Part shown: positions 1 through 8,576 of the stretch, one piece after another | Layout of the letters: the number at the start of each line of letters is the position of its first letter | Position numbering within the stretch: the stretch's first letter is position 1 | Source of the DNA: Verrucomicrobiota bacterium | Lineage (GTDB): Bacteria > Verrucomicrobiota > Kiritimatiellia > CAIQIC01 > Lenti-01 | Assembly: GCA_031262805.1 (NCBI GenBank) | Contig: JAISGX010000036.1 | Span: 22,257-86,256 of the forward strand | Direction of reading: 5' to 3' | Length of the DNA: 64,000 nt | Position numbers and translations under genes: made by a program | Notes under the pieces: generated by a model | The model's database searches: none | Seen by the model: the letters and a program-made list of their open reading frames with translations, nothing else | Told to the model about the DNA's origin: nothing

Positions 1-2
1 TG

Positions 3-575
3 GATACCCTTGAAAGCCTGAAGGCAGAAATTGCGCAATGCCATGCCTGTCCCCTGTGGGAGACGCGCCTGCATACGGTTCCCGGCCAAGGCATCCTCCA
101 TCCGGACATCATGTTCATCGGGGAAGGCCCCGGCCAGAACGAGGATGAACAAGGTTTGGCCTTCGTCGGAAAGGCGGGCCAGCTGCTGACCAAAATGATT
201 CAAGCCATGGGATATGCCCGCGAAGACGTGTTCATCGCCAACATCGTCAAATGCCGCCCGCCGGGAAACCGGGTGCCCTCTCCCGATGAGATGGCCGGCT
301 GCATGCCCTATCTCAAGCGGCAGATCGCCATCATCCAGCCCAAACTGATTGTCTGCCTGGGGGCCACGGCTGTACGCGGTCTGGTGCAGGAACAAACCAG
401 CATCAGCCGGGTCCGCGGCTCCTGGCGGGAGTTCGAAGGCATTCCCGTCATGCTGACCTTCCACCCGGCCTATCTTCTTCGCGATCCGCGCAAAAAAGTG
501 GAGGCCTGGGCCGATTTGAAAGCCGTCCTGGCCCGGCTCGGCAAAACGCCGCCGACCATGCCCGCCAAACCATGA
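3..575 (+). CDS. Uracil-DNA glycosylase, family 4 (UdgA-type); 5' end lies upstream of the window
   Basis: Frame-3 translation from nt 3 gives ...CHACPLWETR...GEGPGQNEDEQGLAFVGKAGQLL...KCRPPGNR...FHPAYLLR, the family-4 UDG motifs (4Fe-4S Cys, GEGPG, FVG-AG). No start codon in the window, so the gene is partial. Confidence 0.85.
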   Translation, partial: DTLESLKAEIAQCHACPLWETRLHTVPGQGILHPDIMFIGEGPGQNEDEQGLAFVGKAGQLLTKMIQAMGYAREDVFIANIVKCRPPGNRVPSPDEMAGCMPYLKRQIAIIQPKLIVCLGATAVRGLVQEQTSISRVRGSWREFEGIPVMLTFHPAYLLRDPRKKVEAWADLKAVLARLGKTPPTMPAKP

Positions 576-943
576 AGGCCGCTCGGCGCCGAACCGGGAG
601 AGCCATCCTGTTGCTGGCGGCCATGGGGGTGGGCGCCCTTCTTGTCCTGTATGCCGTGGACCCTGCGGCATCTTCCTTGTATCCCCGCTGTCCGCTGCAT
701 GCTCTCACCGGCCTCCTGTGCCCCTTGTGCGGCGGCCTGAGGGCCATGCACCACCTGCTGCACGGGGATGCGCAAACCGCTTGGGCGCTCAATCCTTTCG
801 TGTTCTTCGCCCTGCCGACGGGGTTTCTGCTGATGGCTCTGCCGTCCCTGCCCCAGGGCCTACGTTCGGGACTGCTTTGGGCAATGGCGTTGCTCCTGCT
901 AATCGTCTTTCTTTGGCGGAACGGCTTCCTGCCCGGGGCATGA
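572..943 (+). CDS. DUF2752-family small membrane protein
   Basis: CPLHALTGLLCPLCGGLRAMHH motif (CP..tG..CPxCGg.RA) followed by hydrophobic helices. ATGA overlap with the upstream UDG stop. Confidence 0.6.
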   Translation: MKAARRRTGRAILLLAAMGVGALLVLYAVDPAASSLYPRCPLHALTGLLCPLCGGLRAMHHLLHGDAQTAWALNPFVFFALPTGFLLMALPSLPQGLRSGLLWAMALLLLIVFLWRNGFLPGA

Positions 944-992
944 AAAAACCCGCCCGAAAAACGGGCGCTCGCTCCTGCCTCCGTGGGCAACC

Positions 993-1631
993 TTATGCCT
1001 CGGGAGGCGGTTCCTCCGCTTCGATGCGGCTCTTCTCTTCGACGGCCTGCCGCTCTTCCAAACTGGGGGACAGGTGATGGTAAGCCACCACGGGAATCGC
1101 CAACATCAGCGGCGCCGTAAAGAAGACCCCGATGCCGCAGACCAATGCGCCCACCACGAACAAGGAGATGGACACGAGACACAGCAACAGCAACGGCCCA
1201 TACTGGGTCTTGGCCATGTTGTAACTCTGTACCATGGCCGGCCCGAAATCCATTTTGCGATCCACAATCAACGAAATGGTGAACATCACCAATGGAGATA
1301 CACACCATGCGGCCACCGCACCGATACCCGGGGCTAGGTAGGAAAGCAAGGAGGACACGACGCCCCACACCAGACAAAACAGAAATGCCGGCAGGAAGTA
1401 TTCGAACCCGATGAACACATCCCCCACATTCGGCTTCTGGGGGGCGTTGCGCAACAACCGCAACAGGATGAGCGTCACGCCCGCCAGCATGGGTCCATAC
1501 AGGATGCCGCAGGTGAACACGCCCAGAAGCAACGCCAACAGGCTGGCGACGAAAAGAAGAACAAAGTTCTCCTTATACAGCTGGAAGGCTTCCTTAATCC
1601 AACCGCCAAAATCCATTCGTTGCTCCGTCAT
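993..1631 (-). CDS. Integral membrane protein of unknown function (DUF975/GP-PDE-membrane-like)
   Basis: Several predicted TM helices. N-terminus MTEQRMDFGGWIKEAFQLYKENF resembles that domain family. C-terminal acidic tail. Confidence 0.45.
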   Translation of the reverse strand: MTEQRMDFGGWIKEAFQLYKENFVLLFVASLLALLLGVFTCGILYGPMLAGVTLILLRLLRNAPQKPNVGDVFIGFEYFLPAFLFCLVWGVVSSLLSYLAPGIGAVAAWCVSPLVMFTISLIVDRKMDFGPAMVQSYNMAKTQYGPLLLLCLVSISLFVVGALVCGIGVFFTAPLMLAIPVVAYHHLSPSLEERQAVEEKSRIEAEEPPPEA

Positions 1632-1765
1632 ACGAACCTCCTGACTCAAACAAGGCTAATATCTCGTGAAAACAATCGCATAAAGTCATGGCGGATGGCA
1701 AGCCCTCTGTTGCTTGACATTTTCCACCAACCCCGTATGCTTCCCACACTTTCCTTTGAAGAAAA

Positions 1766-1842
1766 GGGCGTTTAGCTCAGTTGGTTAGAGCGCGTGCCTC
1801 ACATGCACGAGGTCACTGGTTCAACTCCAGTAACGCCCACCA
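1766..1842 (+). tRNA. tRNA-Val (anticodon CAC)
   Basis: Cloverleaf read by hand: acceptor GGGCGTT/AACGCCC, D-arm GCTC..GAGC, anticodon stem CGTGC/GCACG with loop CTCACAT, T-arm ACTGG-TTCAACT-CCAGT, encoded CCA. Upstream TTGACA (1715-1720) promoter-like hexamer. Confidence 0.9.
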
Positions 1843-2138
1843 TGTAGAAAACCGGAACATAAACCTTCACCCAGATTATCCCTGCAGACGCAAAAGCAGA
1901 CGAGGTCTTGCAGGCTTGGCTCGAAGCCGTTTGGGAACGCTTTGCGACGCTTGAAAACGCGGAGTCCGCGCTCCGCAACATAAGGGCTTTGGCCGAACAG
2001 ATGCATAACCAAACAAAATTCCCGGAGCACCTCCATTTTCCATTTATGAATGCCGATCCATCGGTACCGGGCGATTCCTCCACAAATTGACCTTTCGCAC
2101 GACTGGGAATACATGCTCGCAACCATATTCATCACGCC

Positions 2139-3128
2139 GTGCGAATTGATTTACCAATACATTATGAATGGAGTTCCAAAGAAATGAATAAGCAAGAAGC
2201 TCAACCCACGCTGGACGAATTAGTACTGGGATTCGAAGGCGAGATGTCGCGCATTGATTTTGCTTCAATGCTCGCTTCGTCAACATTCAAGGAAACGCGA
2301 GATCGCTGGAAATCTCAGATTGAACACATGAAAAAGCATGCCGAAGCGCACAAAGAAAAATCGAAAACTACTGTTTACAGCCGCAGTATGTGGCGCCTAT
2401 TTTCCTGCGATGATGCAAGAACTGACCCGCAGGCGCCTGCGTGGATCTCTCTTAACTCGCATGGCGAGCAGGATGAGGAACTGCTTTTGACCTTGGAAGA
2501 GAACTTTTCTCTTCAATTGAACTGGTTCTTTGTTTCGGCCTTTGAAGCTTATGAGCGTTTTGTAAAATCAACATATGCGGCACTTGGTTATCTCGACAAG
2601 GGCTTCTGGCTATGTTCGGACTATGGCGAAATTCCCGTCCGCGAGATTTCTCAGAAACCTCAGAATTGGTTTGAAGAGAAAATGCGCCGTAAGCCAAACC
2701 AATTCTCCGTGGATGCCATTTTAAAGCGAATACGAGAGGTCTTGCCTCATATTGTTGAGCACGAAAAAGCACATGAATTGCGCATGTGGGGCAGCGTCGC
2801 CGAGAAATTTCGGCATATAATCGTTCATGATCATGGCGTCATACCTCAAAAGAAATTCTGGGAACAAATGGATAATGCAACGGGCTGTCATTTGGATGGG
2901 AAAACACCGGGAATGATTGAGATGAAATATTGGATTTCAACGCACCTTAAGTCAGAGGACATGAACTATAGGATTATTATGATTGATTGTTCAAAAATCG
3001 GGAAGAAGGGGTCCAGAATTAGCACCCCCCTCGACCAAATGCTCCGAAGGCTTGCAAACCATGCATTGCTGATTTATTCAAGCCTAGCAGAGCATTTCAA
3101 TTTCACCCCACATTGGGAAAGGAAGTAA
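2139..3128 (+). CDS. Orphan hypothetical protein (329 aa) in the AT-rich island next to tRNA-Val
   Basis: Long ORF with much lower GC than its neighbours. No family recognised. Contains EKAHELRMW and FRHIIVHDHG (R-x4-H), loosely reminiscent of HEPN/Abi_2-type motifs. This is speculative. Confidence 0.5.
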   Translation: MRIDLPIHYEWSSKEMNKQEAQPTLDELVLGFEGEMSRIDFASMLASSTFKETRDRWKSQIEHMKKHAEAHKEKSKTTVYSRSMWRLFSCDDARTDPQAPAWISLNSHGEQDEELLLTLEENFSLQLNWFFVSAFEAYERFVKSTYAALGYLDKGFWLCSDYGEIPVREISQKPQNWFEEKMRRKPNQFSVDAILKRIREVLPHIVEHEKAHELRMWGSVAEKFRHIIVHDHGVIPQKKFWEQMDNATGCHLDGKTPGMIEMKYWISTHLKSEDMNYRIIMIDCSKIGKKGSRISTPLDQMLRRLANHALLIYSSLAEHFNFTPHWERK

Positions 3129-3545
3129 GGCTCACTTTCGATGTCTGTAGTGTATGGTCCTAGAATAGCCGGACTTTGGGGTGGTTAATGCCGCCACGCT
3201 TTTGCGTGGTGGCGAGAAGCCACTGGCGAAAATCATGCGCGCCTGGGTGAACAAAGCGGTTGAGAGCGTGGATGTAAGCGAGGTTGTTGCTCTAACGATA
3301 GACGGGAGATCATTCAAGCAAGTATGTGCAGCTGAGAAGCGAGCCCGAAACGCGAACAGCGTAGCGTCGCGACAGTCGCCAAAAATAGACGCTCCCAAGC
3401 GCGAAAACGCCGAAAACACGATGAGCGATGGCGGCTTGGACGAGCTCTTTTCCACACAAAACACCGCGAATCCTAACGCCAGAATGCTCACAATAAAGGT
3501 GAGAATCTTGCGCCCTTTGGAAAGCCTAAAAACGGAGAGCCGGGA

Positions 3546-4940
3546 TTATTCGGCGTTTTCATGGCCATACCAGTCGAATTTTCGCGTCACGAACATGATA
3601 AACGCCGTAACGGCAAACGTGCACAGCGCCCCGATCAAAAGCGCGTACGACTCGACGTTTAAAACCGCGTAGAGCAACACATACGACAAAACGGCCACCG
3701 CGCCCATATACCACGTTTTTGACCACGACGGAAGCAGGGAGCGCGAATATAATGTGAGCATAACGGTCACTGCGGACGCCGCGACAAAGTAGGCGGTGTA
3801 AAACGGAATTTGTTCTGACAGCGCCAAGAGCAACAGGTAAAAGATGATGTTTCCGATCCCCACGAGAATGTACGGCACCGGATGAATGCGGCGCTTGGTA
3901 AACACTTCAAGCAAAAACAGCGTGAGAAAGGGAACGATTAAAAACAGAATGGCGTATTTTACCGCCCGCGTATTCAGCGCGTATGTGTCGATCGCACGAA
4001 AAAAGTTTACGCCGAAAAAAGATTCTGAAGCATCGGGCACGGCGGCGCTTGTCCAAAAAAGTGGAATGTCGCGGGAAAGATAGCTCACCTCCCATTCGGC
4101 GGAAAAATCTGTATCGCTTATCTTTGAGGAAACGGGGAGAAACGCCCCTTGGAACGATGGCGACGGCCAGTCCGCACGCATCGCCACGTGCGTACTTTGC
4201 GCTATCGGCAAAAAGCGCGCCGATTTTCCGCCCTGAATGCCGATGGTCACCACAAAGGGAATGTCGCCCGAAAAATCCGCTTGTCCCAACGTGAGGCGTG
4301 CGGATACGCCGCTCGACGAATTGCTCGATGGAACAAGGGATGTGCTCCCCGGCTCAAAAAAAAGACCTTGCGCGCCACCCGCGCCGGAGAAAGCCCCGAT
4401 TGTGCCTTCAATGGCGGTGATGCCTTTTTGACTTTGGATGGATATGTATAACACTGCAGGCGCATGAGGATTAAGACTTTCACCGGCGGCCGCGTTGAGC
4501 GCCCCTGTCGCACGCGCAAGATTAAACGTTCCGGTGAGCACGATGTTGCCGGAGTACAGCGGCACCGAAAAAATCCCGCGCTTACGGATTTGCGTTTTGA
4601 GCGCTGTGTCTATAGAAAGTTCTTTTGGCGCGACGGCAAGATAATACGCGCTCTTTGTGGTTTCGGTCGTTTTTATGCCGTTAGAGGCGGTGGTAACGAC
4701 TTCTTTGGTCCTGGTACAGGGGATGCTCAAAATCGGCCCCGAAAACACTAACGATCCGCCCCACGCTTCCATAATTTCGTCCTCGGCGCGAGTCGCGGTG
4801 TGCCCGCGGTCGCGCACGATGCCTCGCACCATTGAAAGCGGAATAAGCATCACCAGCACAAGCGTCATAAGCAAAAGAATTTTTGCCGTGGACGTTGAAA
4901 ACAAGGGGGGACGCTCTCGAACCGGTTTTTCGCCTTGCAT
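3546..4940 (-). CDS. creD: Cell-envelope integrity inner-membrane protein CreD
   Basis: Co-linear similarity to E. coli CreD. N-terminal TM helix (PLF...LLL..IPL), large periplasmic region with WPSPSFQGAFLP (E. coli WPHPSFLGDFLP), then TRAVKYAILFL..., HPVPYILVG, FYLLLLALSE, FVTRKFDWY (E. coli ATKYAILLI, HPMQYLLVG, FYLLLLALSE, FVTRNIDWY). Start set at MQGEK (4940), which has a GGAGG RBS 6 nt upstream. The longer ORF reaches 4991. Confidence 0.85.
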   Translation of the reverse strand: MQGEKPVRERPPLFSTSTAKILLLMTLVLVMLIPLSMVRGIVRDRGHTATRAEDEIMEAWGGSLVFSGPILSIPCTRTKEVVTTASNGIKTTETTKSAYYLAVAPKELSIDTALKTQIRKRGIFSVPLYSGNIVLTGTFNLARATGALNAAAGESLNPHAPAVLYISIQSQKGITAIEGTIGAFSGAGGAQGLFFEPGSTSLVPSSNSSSGVSARLTLGQADFSGDIPFVVTIGIQGGKSARFLPIAQSTHVAMRADWPSPSFQGAFLPVSSKISDTDFSAEWEVSYLSRDIPLFWTSAAVPDASESFFGVNFFRAIDTYALNTRAVKYAILFLIVPFLTLFLLEVFTKRRIHPVPYILVGIGNIIFYLLLLALSEQIPFYTAYFVAASAVTVMLTLYSRSLLPSWSKTWYMGAVAVLSYVLLYAVLNVESYALLIGALCTFAVTAFIMFVTRKFDWYGHENAE

Positions 4941-5110
4941 TACAATCCTCCGCACTTTAGGTAACTTGCCATCGGGCGAATTGTTGCACACGCGCCCAAA
5001 CGGGTCAAGCGCCCGCGCCTGCCTGTGGGATGAAAAGGATCTGATGGAACGGCTCCGGCTCTATGGAACAGCCTCTTCAGCACCGCAACAGAGAAATGCC
5101 CCTGACCGAC

Positions 5111-5203
5111 CCGCTCCCAACTCGCATCCCCAAACCTTCGGACAAAACCGCCAGCCATTCAGGCGCTTTCGCGCTCCCGTTTTGTCCTTATGGGACAGGA
5201 GTG
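5111..5203 (+). repeat. Copy A of a ~93-bp structured repeat (ccgctcccaa...cgttttgtccttatgggacaggagtg)
   Basis: ~90% identical to 53803-53895. Core TTTTGTCCTTATGGGAC is also present at 55825-55841. Predicted long-range stem (ggacaaaacc / ggttttgtcc), an internal GCGC-TTTC-GCGC hairpin and a GTCC-TTATG-GGAC hairpin. Followed 65 nt later by a hairpin plus T-run. Confidence 0.8.
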
Positions 5204-5262
5204 GAAACTTATTTTCCAATGCGTAAAAAAAGGGTTCCCGGATAGCCATGAGGTCCGGAACC

Positions 5263-5305
5263 CAAAAATTCCACACAGTGGAAAACTTTTTTCCACACGG
5301 TGGAA
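5263..5305 (-). terminator. Tandem hairpin rho-independent terminator after the gltD/nfnB-like gene (bidirectional)
   Basis: TTCCACACGGTGGAA (5291-5305) and TTCCACACAGTGGAA (5269-5283). On the minus strand the second hairpin is followed by TTTTTGGGTT. On the plus strand the first hairpin is followed by AACTTTTTT. Confidence 0.7.
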
Positions 5306-5318
5306 AAGAAGTAGAGCC

Positions 5319-6809
5319 CTACGGCTGCGAGAGCAGAGCGTTGATGGCGGCGGCGGCCTTCCGGCCCTCGCCCATGGCCAGGATGACGGTGGCGGCGCCG
5401 AGCACGATATCCCCGCCCGCAAACACCTTTGGGAGGCTGGTGCGGCCGTTTTCATCCGTCAGGATGTGGCCCCACTTGTCGGTTTCCAGCCCCGGCGTGG
5501 TCTGCTTGATGAGCGGATTGGATTCGTTGCCGATGGCGATGATGACGGCATCAATGGGAATCTGGAATTCGCTACCGGCCACCTCCACCGGACGGCGGCG
5601 GCCGCTGGCATCTGGCTCTCCAAGTTCGTAGCGCAGACATTCGACGGCCGTGACCCGCCCCTTTTCGCCCAGGATGCGCCGGGCGTTCTGGAGCAGATGG
5701 AACTGCACGCCTTCTTCCTTGGCGTGGCGCACTTCCTCGACACGGGCGGGCATTTCCACCTCGGTGCGGCGATAGATCAAGTGCACATTCTTTGCGCCCA
5801 GGCGGAGGGCCGTGCGGGCAGCATCCATGGCCACATTGCCTCCGCCGAGAACGGCGACGCGTTCAGGAGAATGAATGGGGGTGAAGGCCTTGTCGCTGTT
5901 ATAGGCCTTCATGAGGTTGGAGCGCGTGAGGTATTCATTGGCGGAGTAAACGCCGACGAGATTCTCGCCCTCGATGTTCATGAACTTGGGCAGGCCGGCG
6001 CCGGTGCCAACAAAAACGGCGTCAAAGCCATCCTTCTCCAGCAGATCCGCCAGCTTGCGGGTGCGGCCGACGACAAAATTGGTGCGGATTTCCACGCCCA
6101 TCTGCTTGAGTGCGTCGAGCTCGGTCTGGACGATGGCTTTGGGCAGGCGAAATTCGGGAATGCCATACACCAGCACGCCGCCAGCTTTGTGGAAAGCTTC
6201 GAACAGGACGACCTCGTGTCCGGCGCGGCGGACATCCGCCGCCACGGTGATGCCGGCGGGACCGCTGCCGACCACGGCGACTTTTCGGCCGGTGGCGGGC
6301 GCCACCACCGGGGACTGCATGGCGTTGTGTTCCCGCTCCCAATCCGCGGCATACCGTTCCAGCCGGCCGATGGCGACGGCCTTCTCCACCGACTTGAGGG
6401 CCTTGCCCAGCGTGCAGGGCTGCTGGCACTGGGTTTCCTGCGGACACACGCGCCCGCACACCGCAGGCAACAGGCTGGTCTGTTTGATGATCCGGATGGC
6501 CGCAGCGGGATCGCCCTTGACCAGCTCGGCAATAAAGTCGGGAATCCGAATGCTCACCGGGCACCCGTTCACACAGGGGGCGTTTTTGCATTGCAGGCAG
6601 CGCTGTGCCTCCACGCGGGCCTGGTCGGCGAAATAGCCGGTGGCGACTTCCCGCATATTTCGGGCGCGAGCCAGCGGCTCCTGCGTCGGCATCTCCTGCG
6701 CGGGAAGGGCCATGCGGTCGCGGGGCTTCAACGGTTGCGCCAAGCCTTCCAGGCGCTCCCACTCCAGGCGGGCGGCCTCCTTCAACTCATCTGGGTTCTG
6801 CCAACTCAT
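5319..6809 (-). CDS. GltD-family NADPH-dependent oxidoreductase, large subunit of an NfnAB / sulfide dehydrogenase (SudA)-like pair
   Basis: Two Cys clusters (CLQCKNAPCVNGCP, CGRVCPQETQCQQPC), FAD/NAD Rossmann motifs VAVVGSGPAG and VAVLGGGNVAMD, C-terminal GGD. ATGA overlap with the upstream partner gene. Confidence 0.85.
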   Translation of the reverse strand: MSWQNPDELKEAARLEWERLEGLAQPLKPRDRMALPAQEMPTQEPLARARNMREVATGYFADQARVEAQRCLQCKNAPCVNGCPVSIRIPDFIAELVKGDPAAAIRIIKQTSLLPAVCGRVCPQETQCQQPCTLGKALKSVEKAVAIGRLERYAADWEREHNAMQSPVVAPATGRKVAVVGSGPAGITVAADVRRAGHEVVLFEAFHKAGGVLVYGIPEFRLPKAIVQTELDALKQMGVEIRTNFVVGRTRKLADLLEKDGFDAVFVGTGAGLPKFMNIEGENLVGVYSANEYLTRSNLMKAYNSDKAFTPIHSPERVAVLGGGNVAMDAARTALRLGAKNVHLIYRRTEVEMPARVEEVRHAKEEGVQFHLLQNARRILGEKGRVTAVECLRYELGEPDASGRRRPVEVAGSEFQIPIDAVIIAIGNESNPLIKQTTPGLETDKWGHILTDENGRTSLPKVFAGGDIVLGAATVILAMGEGRKAAAAINALLSQP

Positions 6810-7663
6810 TCCTTCAATCCTTTTTCCATCGCTTCCTCGTGCATCCGGCAGCCGTCCGCCGCGATTTTCTCCTGCTCGCGGAAGGCGCCGAGACGCTGAA
6901 TCAACAAATCATAATCCACTTGGTGACCGTCGAATTCCGGCCCGTCCACGCACACAAACTTGGTCTGGCCGCCCACGGAGACGCGGCAACCGCCGCACAT
7001 GCCGGTGCCGTCGATCATGATGCTGTTGAGGCTGACGACGGTGGGCACATTGTAGAGCTGGGTGGTCAGTGCGCAAAACTTCATCATCATTGGCGGGCCA
7101 ATGGCAACGGCCAAGTCTGGCTTTTCCTGCCGCTCGCACACTTCTTTCAGCGGCGCCGTCACGAGGTCCTTGCGTCCGTAGGAGCCGTCATCCGTGCAGA
7201 TGAACAGTTCGTCCGCAATGGCGCGCATGTCCTCTTCCATGATCACCAGCTCCTTGGTGCGCGCACCGATGATGACGATGAGCTTGTTGCCGGCCTGCTT
7301 CATGGCCTGGGCAATGGGATAGGTGGGCGCCACACCGATACCGCCGCCGACGCAGACGACGGTGCCGACTTTTTCAATGTGTGTGGGACGGCCGAGCGGG
7401 CCGACCAGGTTGGCGATGGACTCGCCTTCCTCCATCTGCGCCAGCACCCATGTGCTACGGCCGACGACCTGAAAGACGATGGTGATGCTCCCCTCTTTCT
7501 CATCGGCATTCGCAATGGTCAGCGGGATGCGCTCCCCGAAATCCGTATCCATCTGCAGAATGACAAATTGGCCGGGCTTGCGCTCTTCGGCAATCAACGG
7601 CGCACGGATCCGCATGCGGTAGACATCTTTCGAGAGCTGTTCTTTCGCCAGTATTTGATTCAT
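6806..7663 (-). CDS. Ferredoxin-NADP+ reductase-like small subunit (NfnA/SudB; PyrK-like FAD + [2Fe-2S])
   Basis: MNQILAKEQL...RMRIRAPLIAE...GQFVILQ...VCVGGGIGVAPTYPIAQ...GMCGGCRV. Start set at MNQ (7663), which has a GGAG RBS. The table ORF extends to 7732. Confidence 0.8.
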   Translation of the reverse strand: MNQILAKEQLSKDVYRMRIRAPLIAEERKPGQFVILQMDTDFGERIPLTIANADEKEGSITIVFQVVGRSTWVLAQMEEGESIANLVGPLGRPTHIEKVGTVVCVGGGIGVAPTYPIAQAMKQAGNKLIVIIGARTKELVIMEEDMRAIADELFICTDDGSYGRKDLVTAPLKEVCERQEKPDLAVAIGPPMMMKFCALTTQLYNVPTVVSLNSIMIDGTGMCGGCRVSVGGQTKFVCVDGPEFDGHQVDYDLLIQRLGAFREQEKIAADGCRMHEEAMEKGLKE

Positions 7664-7697
7664 CTGCTCACTCCATGTGTGAAAACTGGAATAAAAA

Positions 7698-7773
7698 TGG
7701 TGGCGAGAATCGGGATCGAACCGATGACACATGGATTTTCAGTCCATTGCTCTACCAACTGAGCTATCTCGCC
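7698..7773 (-). tRNA. tRNA-Phe (anticodon GAA)
   Basis: Reverse complement GGCGAGATAGCTCAGTTGGTAGAGCAATGGACTGAAAATCCAT...GGTTCGATCCCGATTCTCGCCACCA. Anticodon loop CTGAAAA, canonical T-arm, encoded CCA. Confidence 0.9.
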
Positions 7774-7861
7774 ACCAAAATCCTGTCTCTTATATCGCAA
7801 GGGGCACCGGCGTGTCAATACGCTTGCCTCCTCAAACGGCTCATTTTATAATGGGTGAGAT

Positions 7862-8245
7862 ATGAGTGAGCGCCTTGATTGTCCGTTCTGCGCCCTCCCG
7901 GCCGAACGCGTGGTGGAGGAGGAGGGTCCCTGTCTGGCCTTCCGGGATGCCTTTCCCGTCACGGAGGGGCACATGTTGATCATTCCACGGCGGCACACTC
8001 CGTCCTTCCGGGAGCTAACGGTGGAAGAATGGGCGGCCGCCCACCGGCTGGCCCGGCGGCTGGCCGTGAAACTGCAGGAGGCGGACGCCACCATCTCCGG
8101 CTTCAGCTTCGGAGCGAACGATGGAGCATCAGCCGGACAAACCGTCTTCCATTGCCACCTGCACCTGATTCCGCGGCGGGAGGGGGACCATCCCGCGCCG
8201 CGCGGCGGCATACGGGCCGTCATCCCCCACAAAGCGCACTACTGA
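7862..8245 (+). CDS. HIT-family (histidine triad) nucleotide hydrolase
   Basis: CPFC zinc-ribbon start and the HCHLHLIPR histidine-triad motif. Confidence 0.85.
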   Translation: MSERLDCPFCALPAERVVEEEGPCLAFRDAFPVTEGHMLIIPRRHTPSFRELTVEEWAAAHRLARRLAVKLQEADATISGFSFGANDGASAGQTVFHCHLHLIPRREGDHPAPRGGIRAVIPHKAHY

Positions 8246-8576
8246 AAGCCTTCACGGACGGGGGAACCCGGCGGATCCTTCAGCGGAAAGGATTTATCGA
8301 ACGCCAGGGCCTCCTCTTCCAAGAGTTCAACCGGCGCAAAATCATATTCCCATTTTCCGTTTATGTCCCCCAAGGCGCCCGGAAGTGGCTCCACCGCGCA
8401 TGAAGGCATCGGTTTTTTTCTCATGAGGCGCGCCGTGGAACCCTTCGGTATTCAGGAAGCGGCACAGAGCGCCCCATTTCTCCCTTGCGAGACCGTGAAA
8501 TCGAGGGTATCTTTTCTCGCTCTCCGGGAGAACGTGCCAACGGGTGGCCGGATTGAGCGGATATAGGGATGTGGAG

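Noticed and set aside
448-1377. 309-aa minus-strand ORF spanning the UDG and DUF2752 genes
   Set aside because: It is antisense to two well-supported genes. Arg/Gly/Ala-rich low-complexity translation is typical of spurious ORFs in high-GC DNA.
1843-2138. Searched for a copy of the repeat or a tRNA-Val 3' duplicate at the left edge of island 1 (attL)
   Set aside because: There is only a weak resemblance (cattttccatttatgaatg vs cattttgtccttatgggac) and no duplication of the tRNA 3' end. The classical tRNA-att structure is not supported.
2139-3128. Assignment of the orphan protein to the Abi_2 (AbiD/AbiF) HEPN family
   Set aside because: Only short motif-level resemblance. The canonical R-N-x-x-A-H-x-x-R-L-W signature is incomplete (Arg to Glu), so it is kept as a hypothesis only.
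3132-3672. Two overlapping ORFs (3181..3672 +, 3132..3491 -) between the orphan gene and creD
   Set aside because: One overlaps the 3' end of creD, and the other needs a GTG start with no RBS. There is no domain signal. Both are probably non-coding, and a small TM peptide cannot be excluded.
5111-5203. Possibility that the repeat encodes a conserved peptide (PKPSD..ASHSGAF..FCPYGT)
   Set aside because: Substitutions between copies A and B are not biased toward synonymous positions. The flanking frames are open only by chance in high-GC DNA. Structure-preserving changes favour a non-coding element.
5190-7762. Long plus-strand ORFs (5190..6899, 6605..7762) antisense to the nfnAB-like genes
   Set aside because: The opposite strand carries co-linear, motif-rich oxidoreductase genes. 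These ORFs have no recognisable domains and show high-GC codon bias artefacts.
8246-8576. Small ORFs (8239..8424 -, 8363..8566 +) in the HIT-pckG spacer, and a possible riboswitch
   Set aside because: They overlap each other with no RBS or domain evidence, and no recognisable riboswitch consensus. Left as the untranslated leader of pckG.
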